The translations under genes were made by a program, and so were the position numbers. The notes beneath the pieces were generated by a model, which was given only the letters and a program-made list of their open reading frames with translations, ran no database searches and was not told where the DNA came from. A stretch of 64,000 nt of DNA from a virus. The stretch is taken from IMG/VR virus record IMGVR_UViG_3300020198_000002, positions 52,602 through 116,601 of that record. One strand, given 5' to 3'. Of this stretch, positions 28,767-38,207 are shown piece by piece (positions within the stretch are counted from its first letter, which is position 1; each line of letters begins with the position of its first letter).

Positions 28767-30950
28767 ATGTCAGTCAACTACGAAGTCAAAGGCCAACTTG
28801 CTAAACTCCTCGCCACCGAAGATCTTATTGTCGAAAATAGGCAGGTGTCTACGGCTTCTTTTGATGTTCACCGTCGTGTTCTAACTCTCCCTCTTTGGGA
28901 AAAAGCTAGTGGGACTGTATATGATCTTTTGGTTGGACACGAAGTGGGACATGCTCTTTATACTCCAGACAGGATTTGGATTGAAGAATATCCAGATGTA
29001 CCCCCCTCCTTCGTAAACGTTATTGAGGATGTTCGAGTTGAACGTTTAATAAAAGCCAAGTTTCCTGGTTTGGCCAAAACTTTTTATTCTGGTTATTTGG
29101 AACTTTCTAATGAAGATTTTTTTGGAATCGAGTCAGAGGATATTTCTACATATTCTTTGATTGATCGTATCAATCTTCAGAGTAAAATTGGTAATTTCAT
29201 CAAGGTTCCTTTTTCAGATGAAGAAAAAATTTATCTTAAAAGGTCCCTAAAAGTTCAAAGCTTTGATGAGGTCCTTGTGCTAGCTAATGATATTGTTAAA
29301 TTCATAAATCAAAGCAAAGAAGAAATCGACCTCAAATCTCTGCCAGACCCCTCTGGCTCGTCTTCTGAGGCGTTCAATGCTCCTGGTGGTGGATTAGATG
29401 TAGATTCTTCTTTTGGAGATGATTTCGAGGAATCTAGTGACTCAACAGAAGAAGGAGAATCTGTCGATAGTAACACAGAATCCAAACCTCAAAATTTTTC
29501 TGGGGGGACGACTAACAATAATATGGAATCTTTAACAGATAAAATTCTCAAGGAAAATCTGGAAGAGTTGTGTAACAAACTTGAAATGGGAGAACATGTT
29601 TATGTTGAATTCCCCGATGTAGATATGGATACGGTTGTAATTAAAAATGAAAAAGTTCACAAGTTTCTCCAAAACTTTTACGATGAAACTGAAGAAAGAT
29701 TATACTGCCCTACCGTTCCAAATATTTTTGAGGAACCAGATCAGGAGTATTCTAAGTTTAGACTTTCCGCACAAAAGGAAGTCAATTATTTGGTGAAAGA
29801 GTTTGAATGTCATAAGGCAGCTGATTCTTATTCTCGTTCTTCACTTTCTAGGACTGGAGTTTTAGATATGAATTCTCTTCATACCTACAAATGGAATGAA
29901 GATATTTTCAAAAAAATCACTACTGTTGCTGATGGCCAGAACCATGGTCTGGTGTTTGTCTTGGACTGGTCTGGGTCAATGTCGGAAGTTCTTGGAGATA
30001 CTTACAGACAACTTCTTAATCTTATGTGGTTCTGTAGGAAATGCTCTATTCCTTTTGTAGTCTATGCATTTACTACTGAGTGGGCTAAAGTTTCTTACGA
30101 GTTTGATGAGAAAACTGGTAAAAGGTATCCTAAATATCCACCTCAACATCATAAAAAGGAAACTGGGAATATTCTAATTCCCGAAGAGTTTTCTTTGTTG
30201 GAACTTTTTGACAGCAAAGTTAGATCCTCCGTATTTGAAAATCAAGTTCGTAATATTTGGAGGTTGGTTTATTCTTTGGATAGTCATCGATATTATTGTC
30301 GATATCAGTACCCGCTTCAACTTTCTTTGTCGGGCACTCCTCTGAATGAAGCTTTGATTTGTATGACGAAAGCCATTCCAAAATTCAAAAAAGAACATAA
30401 CTTACAGAAAGTTCAATGTATTGTATTGACTGATGGGGAAGCGCCTCCGATTCGATATCTCACTGAGCATCCAATTAAAAACGCAGAAACTGGTGAGACT
30501 GAGTGGAATATCAGAATTCGGAGTTTAACTTCTCTTGGAAAGTTTTATATTAGGGATCGTAAATCTGGGATCACTAAGTTAGTTCCTTTCGGCACGAAAG
30601 ATCTTACTAAAGCCATTCTTGAGTGTCTTCAACATAGATTCTTGGATGTCAATTTTATTGGCATTCGCATTCTCCTTTCTCGTGAGGCTTCTTCTTTTAT
30701 TCGTGGTTATGATCAACATAATTTTGAAAAAAATATAGAATTTTGGAGAAAAAATAAAACTATTGTCCTCAAAAATACTGGATACAATGCTTACTTTGGA
30801 TTATCTTCTTCTGCACTGAATGTTGATTCTGAGTTTGAAGTTTCTGAGGATGCTTCTAAATCTCAGATTCGCTCAGCGTTTAAGAAGTCTTTGGGTGCTA
30901 AAAAAACAAATAAAAAAATTCTTAATGAGTTTGTTAAACTTATTGCCTGA
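28767..30950 (+). CDS. Metallopeptidase-motif/vWA protein (CobT-like partner of the AAA ATPase)
   Basis: LAKLLATEDL, HEVGH, NVIEDVRVE, MIDAS DWSGSM...GTPL...LTDGE. Confidence 0.85.
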   Translation: MSVNYEVKGQLAKLLATEDLIVENRQVSTASFDVHRRVLTLPLWEKASGTVYDLLVGHEVGHALYTPDRIWIEEYPDVPPSFVNVIEDVRVERLIKAKFPGLAKTFYSGYLELSNEDFFGIESEDISTYSLIDRINLQSKIGNFIKVPFSDEEKIYLKRSLKVQSFDEVLVLANDIVKFINQSKEEIDLKSLPDPSGSSSEAFNAPGGGLDVDSSFGDDFEESSDSTEEGESVDSNTESKPQNFSGGTTNNNMESLTDKILKENLEELCNKLEMGEHVYVEFPDVDMDTVVIKNEKVHKFLQNFYDETEERLYCPTVPNIFEEPDQEYSKFRLSAQKEVNYLVKEFECHKAADSYSRSSLSRTGVLDMNSLHTYKWNEDIFKKITTVADGQNHGLVFVLDWSGSMSEVLGDTYRQLLNLMWFCRKCSIPFVVYAFTTEWAKVSYEFDEKTGKRYPKYPPQHHKKETGNILIPEEFSLLELFDSKVRSSVFENQVRNIWRLVYSLDSHRYYCRYQYPLQLSLSGTPLNEALICMTKAIPKFKKEHNLQKVQCIVLTDGEAPPIRYLTEHPIKNAETGETEWNIRIRSLTSLGKFYIRDRKSGITKLVPFGTKDLTKAILECLQHRFLDVNFIGIRILLSREASSFIRGYDQHNFEKNIEFWRKNKTIVLKNTGYNAYFGLSSSALNVDSEFEVSEDASKSQIRSAFKKSLGAKKTNKKILNEFVKLIA

Positions 30951-30951
30951 C

Positions 30952-31006
30952 CAGTTTTGAAACTGTCATATGCACCACAGACAAACCACATATAGTGGAG
31001 TATCAT
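30952..31006 (+). promoter_or_regulatory. Putative early promoter: CAGTT-N4-AACTG palindrome plus TATCAT -10
   Basis: CAGTTTTGAAACTGTCA at 30952, TATCAT at 31001. Confidence 0.6.
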
Positions 31007-31031
31007 TACTACATACTTCAAAGGACTTCAA

Positions 31032-32162
31032 ATGACCGCCCGCGTGAACTCTATTAATTTGATTGACTCGATGCGAGATCTTTACGGCGATATTATCACC
31101 GCCGCTGATGTACGGGCTTATTGCGCTATGAATAGAATTTCTTATCCTACGGTTACCTCTAAACTAGAAAACTATAAAACCAGTCGGGGAAATTGGAATC
31201 TTAATGTCACTAGGGAACGAGTTGAAGAAATTGAACGTACATTTCAATCTCCCTCTGTTGTTCCCCCTATTGAACAAAATCTTATCCCTGAAAAAGATGA
31301 TACCTTCGTCCAGTTTGGTAGTTTTTCTGACATTAAAAAAATTATTCAGTCCTCTCTTTTTTATCCTACGTTCATTACGGGTCTTTCGGGTAACGGTAAA
31401 ACGTTCTCTGTGGAGCAAGCGTGTGCTCAACTCAAGCGTGAACTTATTCGTGTAAACATTACTATTGAAACTGATGAAGATGACCTTATTGGCGGTTTCC
31501 GCCTTGTTGATGGTGCCACTGTTTGGCACAATGGTCCAGTTATTGAAGCCCTCGAACGAGGAGCGATCTTGCTACTTGACGAGGTTGACCTCGCCTCCAA
31601 CAAAATCCTTTGTCTACAATCCGTGCTAGAAGGTAAAGGTGTTTTCCTCAAAAAAACTGGTCGCTATGTAAAACCCACTGCTGGTTTCAACGTGATTGCT
31701 ACTGCTAACACCAAAGGTAAGGGCAGCGATGACGGTCGTTTCATCGGCACCAATGTACTTAACGAAGCGTTTCTAGAACGTTTCTGTGTAACATTTGAAC
31801 AGGATTATCCTACTTCTAAAACTGAAGTTAAGATTCTAGATTCTGTTTCTCGGAAACTGAATTGTTATGATGCTATCTTTAACCAACGACTATGTGATTG
31901 GGCAGACATCATCCGCAAGACCTTCTATGATGGTGGTATTGAGGAAGTAATTTCTACCCGTCGATTGGTTCATATTATTCGTGCATATGCAATCTGGAAT
32001 AATAAAGCGAAAGCAATCGAAGTGTGTACAAATCGTTTTGATTCTGAAACAAAACAAGCATTTCTTGATTTGTATGATAAAGTAGACGCAGACGTGGAAT
32101 TTTCCAAGGACACGATTGCAACGTCACTATCAGACGAAAATGAATCACAACAAACCTTTTGA
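31032..32162 (+). CDS. cobS: CobS-like MoxR-family AAA+ ATPase
   Basis: GLSGNGKT, ETDEDDLIGG, LLLDEVD, ATANTKGKGSDDGRF, LNEAFLERF, STRRL. Confidence 0.92.
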   Translation: MTARVNSINLIDSMRDLYGDIITAADVRAYCAMNRISYPTVTSKLENYKTSRGNWNLNVTRERVEEIERTFQSPSVVPPIEQNLIPEKDDTFVQFGSFSDIKKIIQSSLFYPTFITGLSGNGKTFSVEQACAQLKRELIRVNITIETDEDDLIGGFRLVDGATVWHNGPVIEALERGAILLLDEVDLASNKILCLQSVLEGKGVFLKKTGRYVKPTAGFNVIATANTKGKGSDDGRFIGTNVLNEAFLERFCVTFEQDYPTSKTEVKILDSVSRKLNCYDAIFNQRLCDWADIIRKTFYDGGIEEVISTRRLVHIIRAYAIWNNKAKAIEVCTNRFDSETKQAFLDLYDKVDADVEFSKDTIATSLSDENESQQTF

Positions 32163-32187
32163 CTGTGTAGGAAAAACATGGTAGAAT
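32159..32187 (+). promoter_or_regulatory. Sigma70-type promoter
   Basis: TTGACT-N17-TAGAAT with TG extension, 18 nt before ATG 32206. Confidence 0.7.
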
Positions 32188-32205
32188 AAGCCTTTCTGTT
32201 TTTGT

Positions 32206-32877
32206 ATGGTTAATGCTTGGAGCTTACTACATGATGAACTTTATGGAGATGATGAAATGACCGAAGAAAAACATTCAAAACATTATTACGATTATAATCG
32301 TAATGATATTAATAGACCAAACCCTTTTTATAATGCAGATCACCCAAGTCAAGAATTTTGGCGGGAAGATGGCTTTAGTTTGACTGGTAATCCTGCTCCT
32401 AGTTCCGAGGATATTTTTACTCTTGATCTAAGCACTGCTGATCGTAATATTGTCTATGAATCACCAGATAAAGGAAAGACTGTTTATGCTCGTAAACCTG
32501 GACAATCTCCATCTGAGAGAACGTTGATTAAGAGTTCGCCGGATTCTCTGAGAGTGAATAATACAAATACAAATGCAAATGGATTCTGGAAGTATGAAGA
32601 AGACAAGACACTGAAAGATGTGGAACAGTATCTTGCCAGTACTTATCATTCCCACTATACTTCTGAAACTTCTAAAACCCAAACTCTTGATTTGGTTGAA
32701 AGTATTGGAGATGCAGAAGCATTCACTCGTTCAAATGCTATCAAGTATCTTTCCCGTTTTGGTAAAAAGAATGGTAAATCTAAACGAGATATCCTGAAAG
32801 CGATTCATTATTGCATTCTTCTCTATCATTTTGCCGGACTTCATAAAAAAAATTCCGACAGTGACTATCCTTATTGA
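32206..32877 (+). CDS. Conserved hypothetical protein, C-terminal DUF3310-like domain
   Basis: KY.ED..L...Y..STY.SHY, F.RSNAIKYLSRFGKK, DILKAIHY. Confidence 0.75.
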   Translation: MVNAWSLLHDELYGDDEMTEEKHSKHYYDYNRNDINRPNPFYNADHPSQEFWREDGFSLTGNPAPSSEDIFTLDLSTADRNIVYESPDKGKTVYARKPGQSPSERTLIKSSPDSLRVNNTNTNANGFWKYEEDKTLKDVEQYLASTYHSHYTSETSKTQTLDLVESIGDAEAFTRSNAIKYLSRFGKKNGKSKRDILKAIHYCILLYHFAGLHKKNSDSDYPY

Positions 32878-32879
32878 TC

Positions 32880-33566
32880 ATGAAACTTAAACCCGCTATG
32901 AAATTGTCTGATCGGACTATCCAACTTCTTCGTAATTTTTCATCTATTAATCAATCTCTTCTGTTTAGGAAGGGGAAACAACTCCGTACAATTTCTGTGA
33001 TGAAAAATATTCTCGCAGAAGCAAATGTAGAAGAAGAATTTACGAGGGATTTTGCAATCTATGATCTTGGTGAATTTCTCAATTGTTTGAGTCTTTTTAA
33101 AGATCCTGAACTTGATTTTTCTAATGATAGTTTTGTTGCTCTTAAAGAAGGAAAAACTAAATCAAAGTATTTCTTTGCAGATCCGAGTGTAATTGTAGTT
33201 CCTCCCGATAAATCTTTAGTGCTTCCTAGTTCAGATATTACTTTCAATCTAAAAAGTAATCAACTTGATACTTTGAAAAAAGCTGCATCTGTTTATCATC
33301 TCGATGATCTTTCTGTAGTCGGAGAAGAAGGACAGATTCAACTGATGGTTCATGATCGCAAGAATGATACTTCTAATGATTATTCTATTGTGGTTGGTGA
33401 AACTACTACTAACTTTGCCCTGCACTTTAAAGTTGAGAATATCAAGATTATCCCTGGATCATATGATGTATCCATTTCACGTAAACTTCTATCTCAATTT
33501 AAATCAACAGAGTATGATCTTACCTACTATATTGCTTTGGAACCTGATCTTACTTGGGAAGAATGA
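32880..33566 (+). CDS. gp45: Sliding clamp gp45
   Basis: MKLS..T..LL.NFSSINQS, FAIYDL.EFL, YYIALEPD; start may be 32898. Confidence 0.96.
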   Translation: MKLKPAMKLSDRTIQLLRNFSSINQSLLFRKGKQLRTISVMKNILAEANVEEEFTRDFAIYDLGEFLNCLSLFKDPELDFSNDSFVALKEGKTKSKYFFADPSVIVVPPDKSLVLPSSDITFNLKSNQLDTLKKAASVYHLDDLSVVGEEGQIQLMVHDRKNDTSNDYSIVVGETTTNFALHFKVENIKIIPGSYDVSISRKLLSQFKSTEYDLTYYIALEPDLTWEE

Positions 33567-34078
33567 ATATCTTTGCAACATCTCCTTGGCCTGCTGAAAG
33601 TGCTGTCTGTCTTCCAGATAAACACATTGTCAAAATGCCACTGGAGTGCTGCCAGATGCTTTCCATCGTGGCATCTGAAAAGTGGGGCCATAACTACGGC
33701 ACTCTGCCTAAAACTGACGGCACTCCCTACAAAACTGAAAAAGGTGCGTTTCGTAATCACCCCTGCACCAAATGGGCAATGGATAGTATCCACAATGCCT
33801 ATTGGTTGATCAAGTGGGGCATGAATCTGTGCGACGAATATTCTATTCGTTATGATAATAAAACGCATTCATGTTATAATACTCTTTTACAAGCGTATTA
33901 TCTTTTTCCACAAGGTAAAATAGACAAAGTAACACCATTTGCCCGTGCTATGCCAAATGAATTTAAACTTGACACAAGCATTGACACTTTTACTGCTTAC
34001 AAGATGTATATCGCATCCAAACCTTGGGTTGCATCTAATTATCTTCGTATGCCGCAACGAAAACCTGAGTGGGTATAA
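33563..34078 (+). CDS. Pyrimidine-dimer DNA glycosylase-like (DenV-related) protein
   Basis: MNIF....P..SA..LPDKHIVKMPLECCQML, NHPCTKW, EY..RY..K.H. Confidence 0.8.
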   Translation: MNIFATSPWPAESAVCLPDKHIVKMPLECCQMLSIVASEKWGHNYGTLPKTDGTPYKTEKGAFRNHPCTKWAMDSIHNAYWLIKWGMNLCDEYSIRYDNKTHSCYNTLLQAYYLFPQGKIDKVTPFARAMPNEFKLDTSIDTFTAYKMYIASKPWVASNYLRMPQRKPEWV

Positions 34079-34083
34079 ACATT

Positions 34084-35034
34084 ATGAGTCGTAATGAATT
34101 TTTGTGGGTCGAAAAATATCGACCTAAAAATATTGAAGATTGTATTCTTCCTGAAAATATTAAAAAAACCTTTAGGGATTTTTTAGATCGTGGTGAATTA
34201 CCAAACATGCTTTTGGCTGGTCCCCCAGGAATTGGAAAAACTACAGTGGCAAAAGCCCTTTGTAATGAATTAGGAGTAGATTATTATGTCATTAACGGAT
34301 CTGACGAGGGACGATTTCTCGATACGGTACGGAACCAAGCCAAAAATTTTGCTTCGACCGTCTCACTTTCGGTATCTGATGCTAAGCACAAAGTCATCAT
34401 TATTGACGAAGCTGATAACACAACCCATGATGTACAGCTCCTCTTACGGGCAAATATTGAGACATTTCATAACAACTGCAGATTCATCTTCACCTGCAAT
34501 TACAGGAACAGGATTGTTGAACCAATCCAATCCCGATGTACGGTCATTGAATTTGGAGTCAACGGAAAAGACAAACCAGCAATTGCTGCCGCGTTCTTCA
34601 AAAGACTCACCGACATCTTGGAAAACGAGGGGATTACATTTGATAAGAAAGTTCTTCTAGAACTTGTAAATAAACATTTTCCAGATTGGCGTCGAGTGTT
34701 GAACGAATGTCAACGTCATTCGGTCGGTGGTGAAATCGATTCTTCCATTCTCGCTAGTTTTTCGGATGTAAATATCAATGATCTTATTAGAAATCTTAAA
34801 GAAAAAAAGTTTCCTGAAGTACGTAAATGGGTCGTCAATAATCTGGATAATGATCCTGGGGTACTTCTGCGTCGTGTTTACGATGCTCTTTTTGAAACCG
34901 TTGATGGTCCTAGCATTGCTGCTGCTGTGCTTATTATTGCTAAGTATCAGTATCAAATTGCCTTCGTAGCTGATCAAGAGATTAATCTCCTTGCTTGTCT
35001 AACCGAAATCATGTGTGAGTGTGAATTCAAATGA
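34084..35034 (+). CDS. gp44: Clamp loader large subunit gp44
   Basis: LWVEKYRP, GPPGIGKTT, IIDEAD, SRC, FPDWRR, DQEIN. Confidence 0.97.
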   Translation: MSRNEFLWVEKYRPKNIEDCILPENIKKTFRDFLDRGELPNMLLAGPPGIGKTTVAKALCNELGVDYYVINGSDEGRFLDTVRNQAKNFASTVSLSVSDAKHKVIIIDEADNTTHDVQLLLRANIETFHNNCRFIFTCNYRNRIVEPIQSRCTVIEFGVNGKDKPAIAAAFFKRLTDILENEGITFDKKVLLELVNKHFPDWRRVLNECQRHSVGGEIDSSILASFSDVNINDLIRNLKEKKFPEVRKWVVNNLDNDPGVLLRRVYDALFETVDGPSIAAAVLIIAKYQYQIAFVADQEINLLACLTEIMCECEFK

Positions 35035-35591
35035 ATAGGAATCCTATTTCTGATCGTGAGTGGATTGGAAGTGCAGACATCAGTAAGTTTGGATCTTACA
35101 CAGATCGCAAAACTTCGTTTGATGATGATAAGGACATTGAATCATTTATTCTTTTTTTAAAACTTGTATATAATACAACGTCTTCTGTAGAAGACTACGT
35201 ATTCAAACCGAAACCATATGGACCATATGGTGTTGATCTGGGTATATTTAAAAACAATAAACTTGTTCTTGCTATAGACATTGAGAGATGGAGTAAGTGG
35301 AATGAAGAGTGGCCAAAAAATTATAAGTATGTTAGTTTTTTAAGTAGAAAATTGAAGTTTGTCCATAAACATAATAAATTCACCATGGTCTTTTTTAACT
35401 ATGATAGATCAAAATTTATTTGTGTAGATGGGGAAAATATAACAAAATATCCTTCTGGGGCTAGATATACGCAAGGCAAAATGGATTCCGTCATCAAAAT
35501 CCCATTTGATGATGCTCGTTTATATGGCAATAACTTGACAGAAAAAGAAAAATATTTATTTAAGAATCATACTATCCGTAAAATCAAATGA
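35031..35591 (+). CDS. Hypothetical protein, possible PD-(D/E)XK nuclease fold
   Basis: ATGA-coupled to gp44; YGVDLGI...IDIER weakly resembles the nuclease motif. Confidence 0.55.
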   Translation: MNRNPISDREWIGSADISKFGSYTDRKTSFDDDKDIESFILFLKLVYNTTSSVEDYVFKPKPYGPYGVDLGIFKNNKLVLAIDIERWSKWNEEWPKNYKYVSFLSRKLKFVHKHNKFTMVFFNYDRSKFICVDGENITKYPSGARYTQGKMDSVIKIPFDDARLYGNNLTEKEKYLFKNHTIRKIK

Positions 35592-35791
35592 GACATCAAG
35601 TTAAATCTAAATGGTATTACATCTTCTGGGGTGCCTGTGCCGTAGCGGTTGTCGGTGGTCAATTCTACGTTGGATCTGGTTATCGTGAGATGGCAGAAGC
35701 AACCAAGAATAATATCATTACAGTTCGGTGTGTGCCACCCTATCAGATCCCTGTTCAACCATACAGAAATAAAACAGGAGAGTTTGAGTAG
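35588..35791 (+). CDS. Small membrane protein
   Basis: WYYIFWGACAVAVVGGQFYVG hydrophobic helix; ATGA coupling. Confidence 0.7.
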   Translation: MRHQVKSKWYYIFWGACAVAVVGGQFYVGSGYREMAEATKNNIITVRCVPPYQIPVQPYRNKTGEFE

Positions 35792-35826
35792 ATTGCGTAA
35801 CCGATTAATTATAACAATCAGATTTA

Positions 35827-36369
35827 ATGAATAACGAATATACCCTACTTAATTGGAATTATATTAATGACAATAAACAAAATTTTATTGATCATCTGAC
35901 TCATTCTCATGAGTCCCTAGTAAATTATGGTATTCGGGATTCTACCTTCAAGTATACGGATTATAATATATTTGCTATAAGTTCTCCCTCTATTCACATG
36001 TATAAACTTTATTATGTGATACGGGAATTGGTTAGAAATAAACTACAAGATGAAAACCATTTGTGGATTCAATCCTGGTTAAATTTCCATACCCATGAAC
36101 AGGTATTGGGATGGCATAATCACGATGCCAGTTGGCATGGATATGTCTCCATTGAACCACAGGACACCTTTACGGAATTTGAAAACTGGAAAATAGATAA
36201 CAAATGTGGTAATATATACTTTGGTCCTGGACATAATAGACATAGAGTAGTCAATAATTCAAAATATACTGGACTCAGAATCACTATAGCATTTGATATA
36301 ATGACTGAACGTGATTGTGATTTATACGGAGACCCTACTCATAACTTTGGTTGTATGCCTTTTTTATAA
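35827..36369 (+). CDS. Putative 2OG-Fe(II) oxygenase
   Basis: WIQSWLN, WHNH, GYV, GNIYFGPG..RHRV, RITIAFD. Confidence 0.7.
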   Translation: MNNEYTLLNWNYINDNKQNFIDHLTHSHESLVNYGIRDSTFKYTDYNIFAISSPSIHMYKLYYVIRELVRNKLQDENHLWIQSWLNFHTHEQVLGWHNHDASWHGYVSIEPQDTFTEFENWKIDNKCGNIYFGPGHNRHRVVNNSKYTGLRITIAFDIMTERDCDLYGDPTHNFGCMPFL

Positions 36370-36370
36370 T

Positions 36371-37489
36371 ATGATACTTGAAGTAGATGACGCTGTTTAT
36401 GCGGCAAACAAATTTATTGATTATTTTTCGAATAAGGGACGAATTGATGAATATCTTCGTACTGTAAAACTTGATAGGATGGCTCAGAAAACTCCAAGCC
36501 TTCCAGGGTTTGGGCCAGAAGATGATATGTTTTCTGATTTTGATATTCATCCAAATGATATGGACTTTAAAGTATATGCTGCCGGCGAATCTGGTAGTTA
36601 TACTAATCAGTTTTTTAATGATCGTTTGCAGATTACTACGTCACATGCAATTGAGGATTGTGTTCCTGGGAAATCATTGAAGTGGATTGTCCAAGAAACA
36701 AATACTAAAAAAATTGTAGGTTTCATAAGATTTGGTTCTCCCACAATTAATTCCAAACCTAGAAATCTTTGGCTCAATCAAGTTCCCGATTTGACTAGGT
36801 TTAATCGACATGCAATTATGGGGTTCATTATTGTTCCAACTCAACCCTTCGGATTTAATTATCTTGGGGGAAAATTACTCGCTCTTATGTGTTGTTCTCA
36901 TATGGCTAGAGAAACGTTAAATAATAAGTATGATGCAGATATTTGTTTGTTCGAGACCACTTCTTTGTATGGTTCTAGTAAAACATCATCTCAATATGAT
37001 GGACTGAAACCAATGATGAAGTATCGAGGACTCACTGAGAGTGATTTTACTCCTCTTCTGCATGATGATATTTTCCACGATCTAAACAAATGGTTTATAA
37101 TCAGGAACAACGACAAGACTTTAGTAAAGGAAGACGCATCGAGTCGCAAGCTGAAAACACAACAGAAGATGATATCAATTATCAAGAAAAGTTTACCTTC
37201 TCAAAAGGGTGTGGAGTTTCAGGATGCGATTGTAAATGCAAAAAATCTAACTGAAAAGAAAAGATTTTACACGTCTGACTATGGGTTTAGGAATTCTAGA
37301 GAAGTTATCTTGGGAATAGAAGATAAACTTATTCCCGCAGATAACCATGACAGGTATGATTTTTATAACTTAGTTTCTTGGTGGAAAAGAAAAGCTTCTA
37401 ACCGATATGAAACTTTGAAATCAGAGGGTAGATTAAGAACGGAACTAGAAACATGGAATATTAATTCAAATATTGATATTATACGATAA
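36371..37489 (+). CDS. DUF4338/DruA-like protein
   Basis: VPTQPFGFNYLGGKLLAL..CS, FETTSLYG...SSQYD match the LGGKL and TTSLYG..SSQY motifs I associate with DUF4338; ATG 36371. Confidence 0.65.
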   Translation: MILEVDDAVYAANKFIDYFSNKGRIDEYLRTVKLDRMAQKTPSLPGFGPEDDMFSDFDIHPNDMDFKVYAAGESGSYTNQFFNDRLQITTSHAIEDCVPGKSLKWIVQETNTKKIVGFIRFGSPTINSKPRNLWLNQVPDLTRFNRHAIMGFIIVPTQPFGFNYLGGKLLALMCCSHMARETLNNKYDADICLFETTSLYGSSKTSSQYDGLKPMMKYRGLTESDFTPLLHDDIFHDLNKWFIIRNNDKTLVKEDASSRKLKTQQKMISIIKKSLPSQKGVEFQDAIVNAKNLTEKKRFYTSDYGFRNSREVILGIEDKLIPADNHDRYDFYNLVSWWKRKASNRYETLKSEGRLRTELETWNINSNIDIIR

Positions 37490-37821
37490 TGCTTGGTAAA
37501 CATTGTTTTTTAAGTCTCTATGATTGCGATAGGACTGTATTAGATAGTAAAGATATTCTAATAGAAATAATAGAAAAAGCCGCAGAAATTTCTGGAGCAA
37601 CAGTAGTTCAAACCATTTACAAAAAATTTGAACCTCAGGGAGTTACTATCATTACTCTGCTTGAAGAAAGTCATATTAGTATCCACACTTGGCCAGAGAC
37701 TGGAGAAGCTGCTGTTGATATTTTTACCTGCGGTCAGAAATGCAAACCCACCAGGGGTGCGGATTATATCGTAGAAAAACTTGGACCCAGTAGTTACAAT
37801 ATGGATGTTGTTGACCGATGA
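37489..37821 (+). CDS. speD: S-adenosylmethionine decarboxylase proenzyme (pyruvoyl type)
   Basis: GKH, FEPQGVT, LEESHISIHTWPE self-cleavage motif, DIFTCG. Confidence 0.92.
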   Translation: MLGKHCFLSLYDCDRTVLDSKDILIEIIEKAAEISGATVVQTIYKKFEPQGVTIITLLEESHISIHTWPETGEAAVDIFTCGQKCKPTRGADYIVEKLGPSSYNMDVVDR

Positions 37822-38207
37822 ACTATGATCTTAAGGATTATTTGAATTCAATTAATCACACAAAAGAAAATTTGATGGGATCTGATGATGTAATGTGGGA
37901 GAAAAAATATCCTGCATTTATTATCAATAAATGTCTATCTGGATTTGTAGATACAATTATGTTTGCAAATGAAATGAATATGAAACACGTTCTTCCATCA
38001 AAGTTGCAATATGACTTTTATCTAAATAGTATCAGGAAGAAAAAAAGATTTTCTCCTTGGCTAAGAAAAGAAAAAATTCAAAACCTTGATGCAGTAAAAT
38101 CGTACTATGGTTATAGTAATGATAAAGCAATGCAGGCTTTGAGAATCTTAAATAGAGAACAAATCGATTACATTAAAAAGCGACTTGATGTTGGAGGTAG
38201 AAAATGA
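37818..38207 (+). CDS. gp62: Clamp loader small subunit gp62
   Basis: DYLNSIN..K, YPAFIINKCLS, LQYDFYLNS.RKKKRFSPW, YYGYS. Confidence 0.95.
   Translation: MNYDLKDYLNSINHTKENLMGSDDVMWEKKYPAFIINKCLSGFVDTIMFANEMNMKHVLPSKLQYDFYLNSIRKKKRFSPWLRKEKIQNLDAVKSYYGYSNDKAMQALRILNREQIDYIKKRLDVGGRK

Noticed and set aside
33969-33987. Tandem TTGACAC copies resembling -35 boxes
   Set aside because: No convincing -10 at 16-18 nt; encodes LDTSIDT
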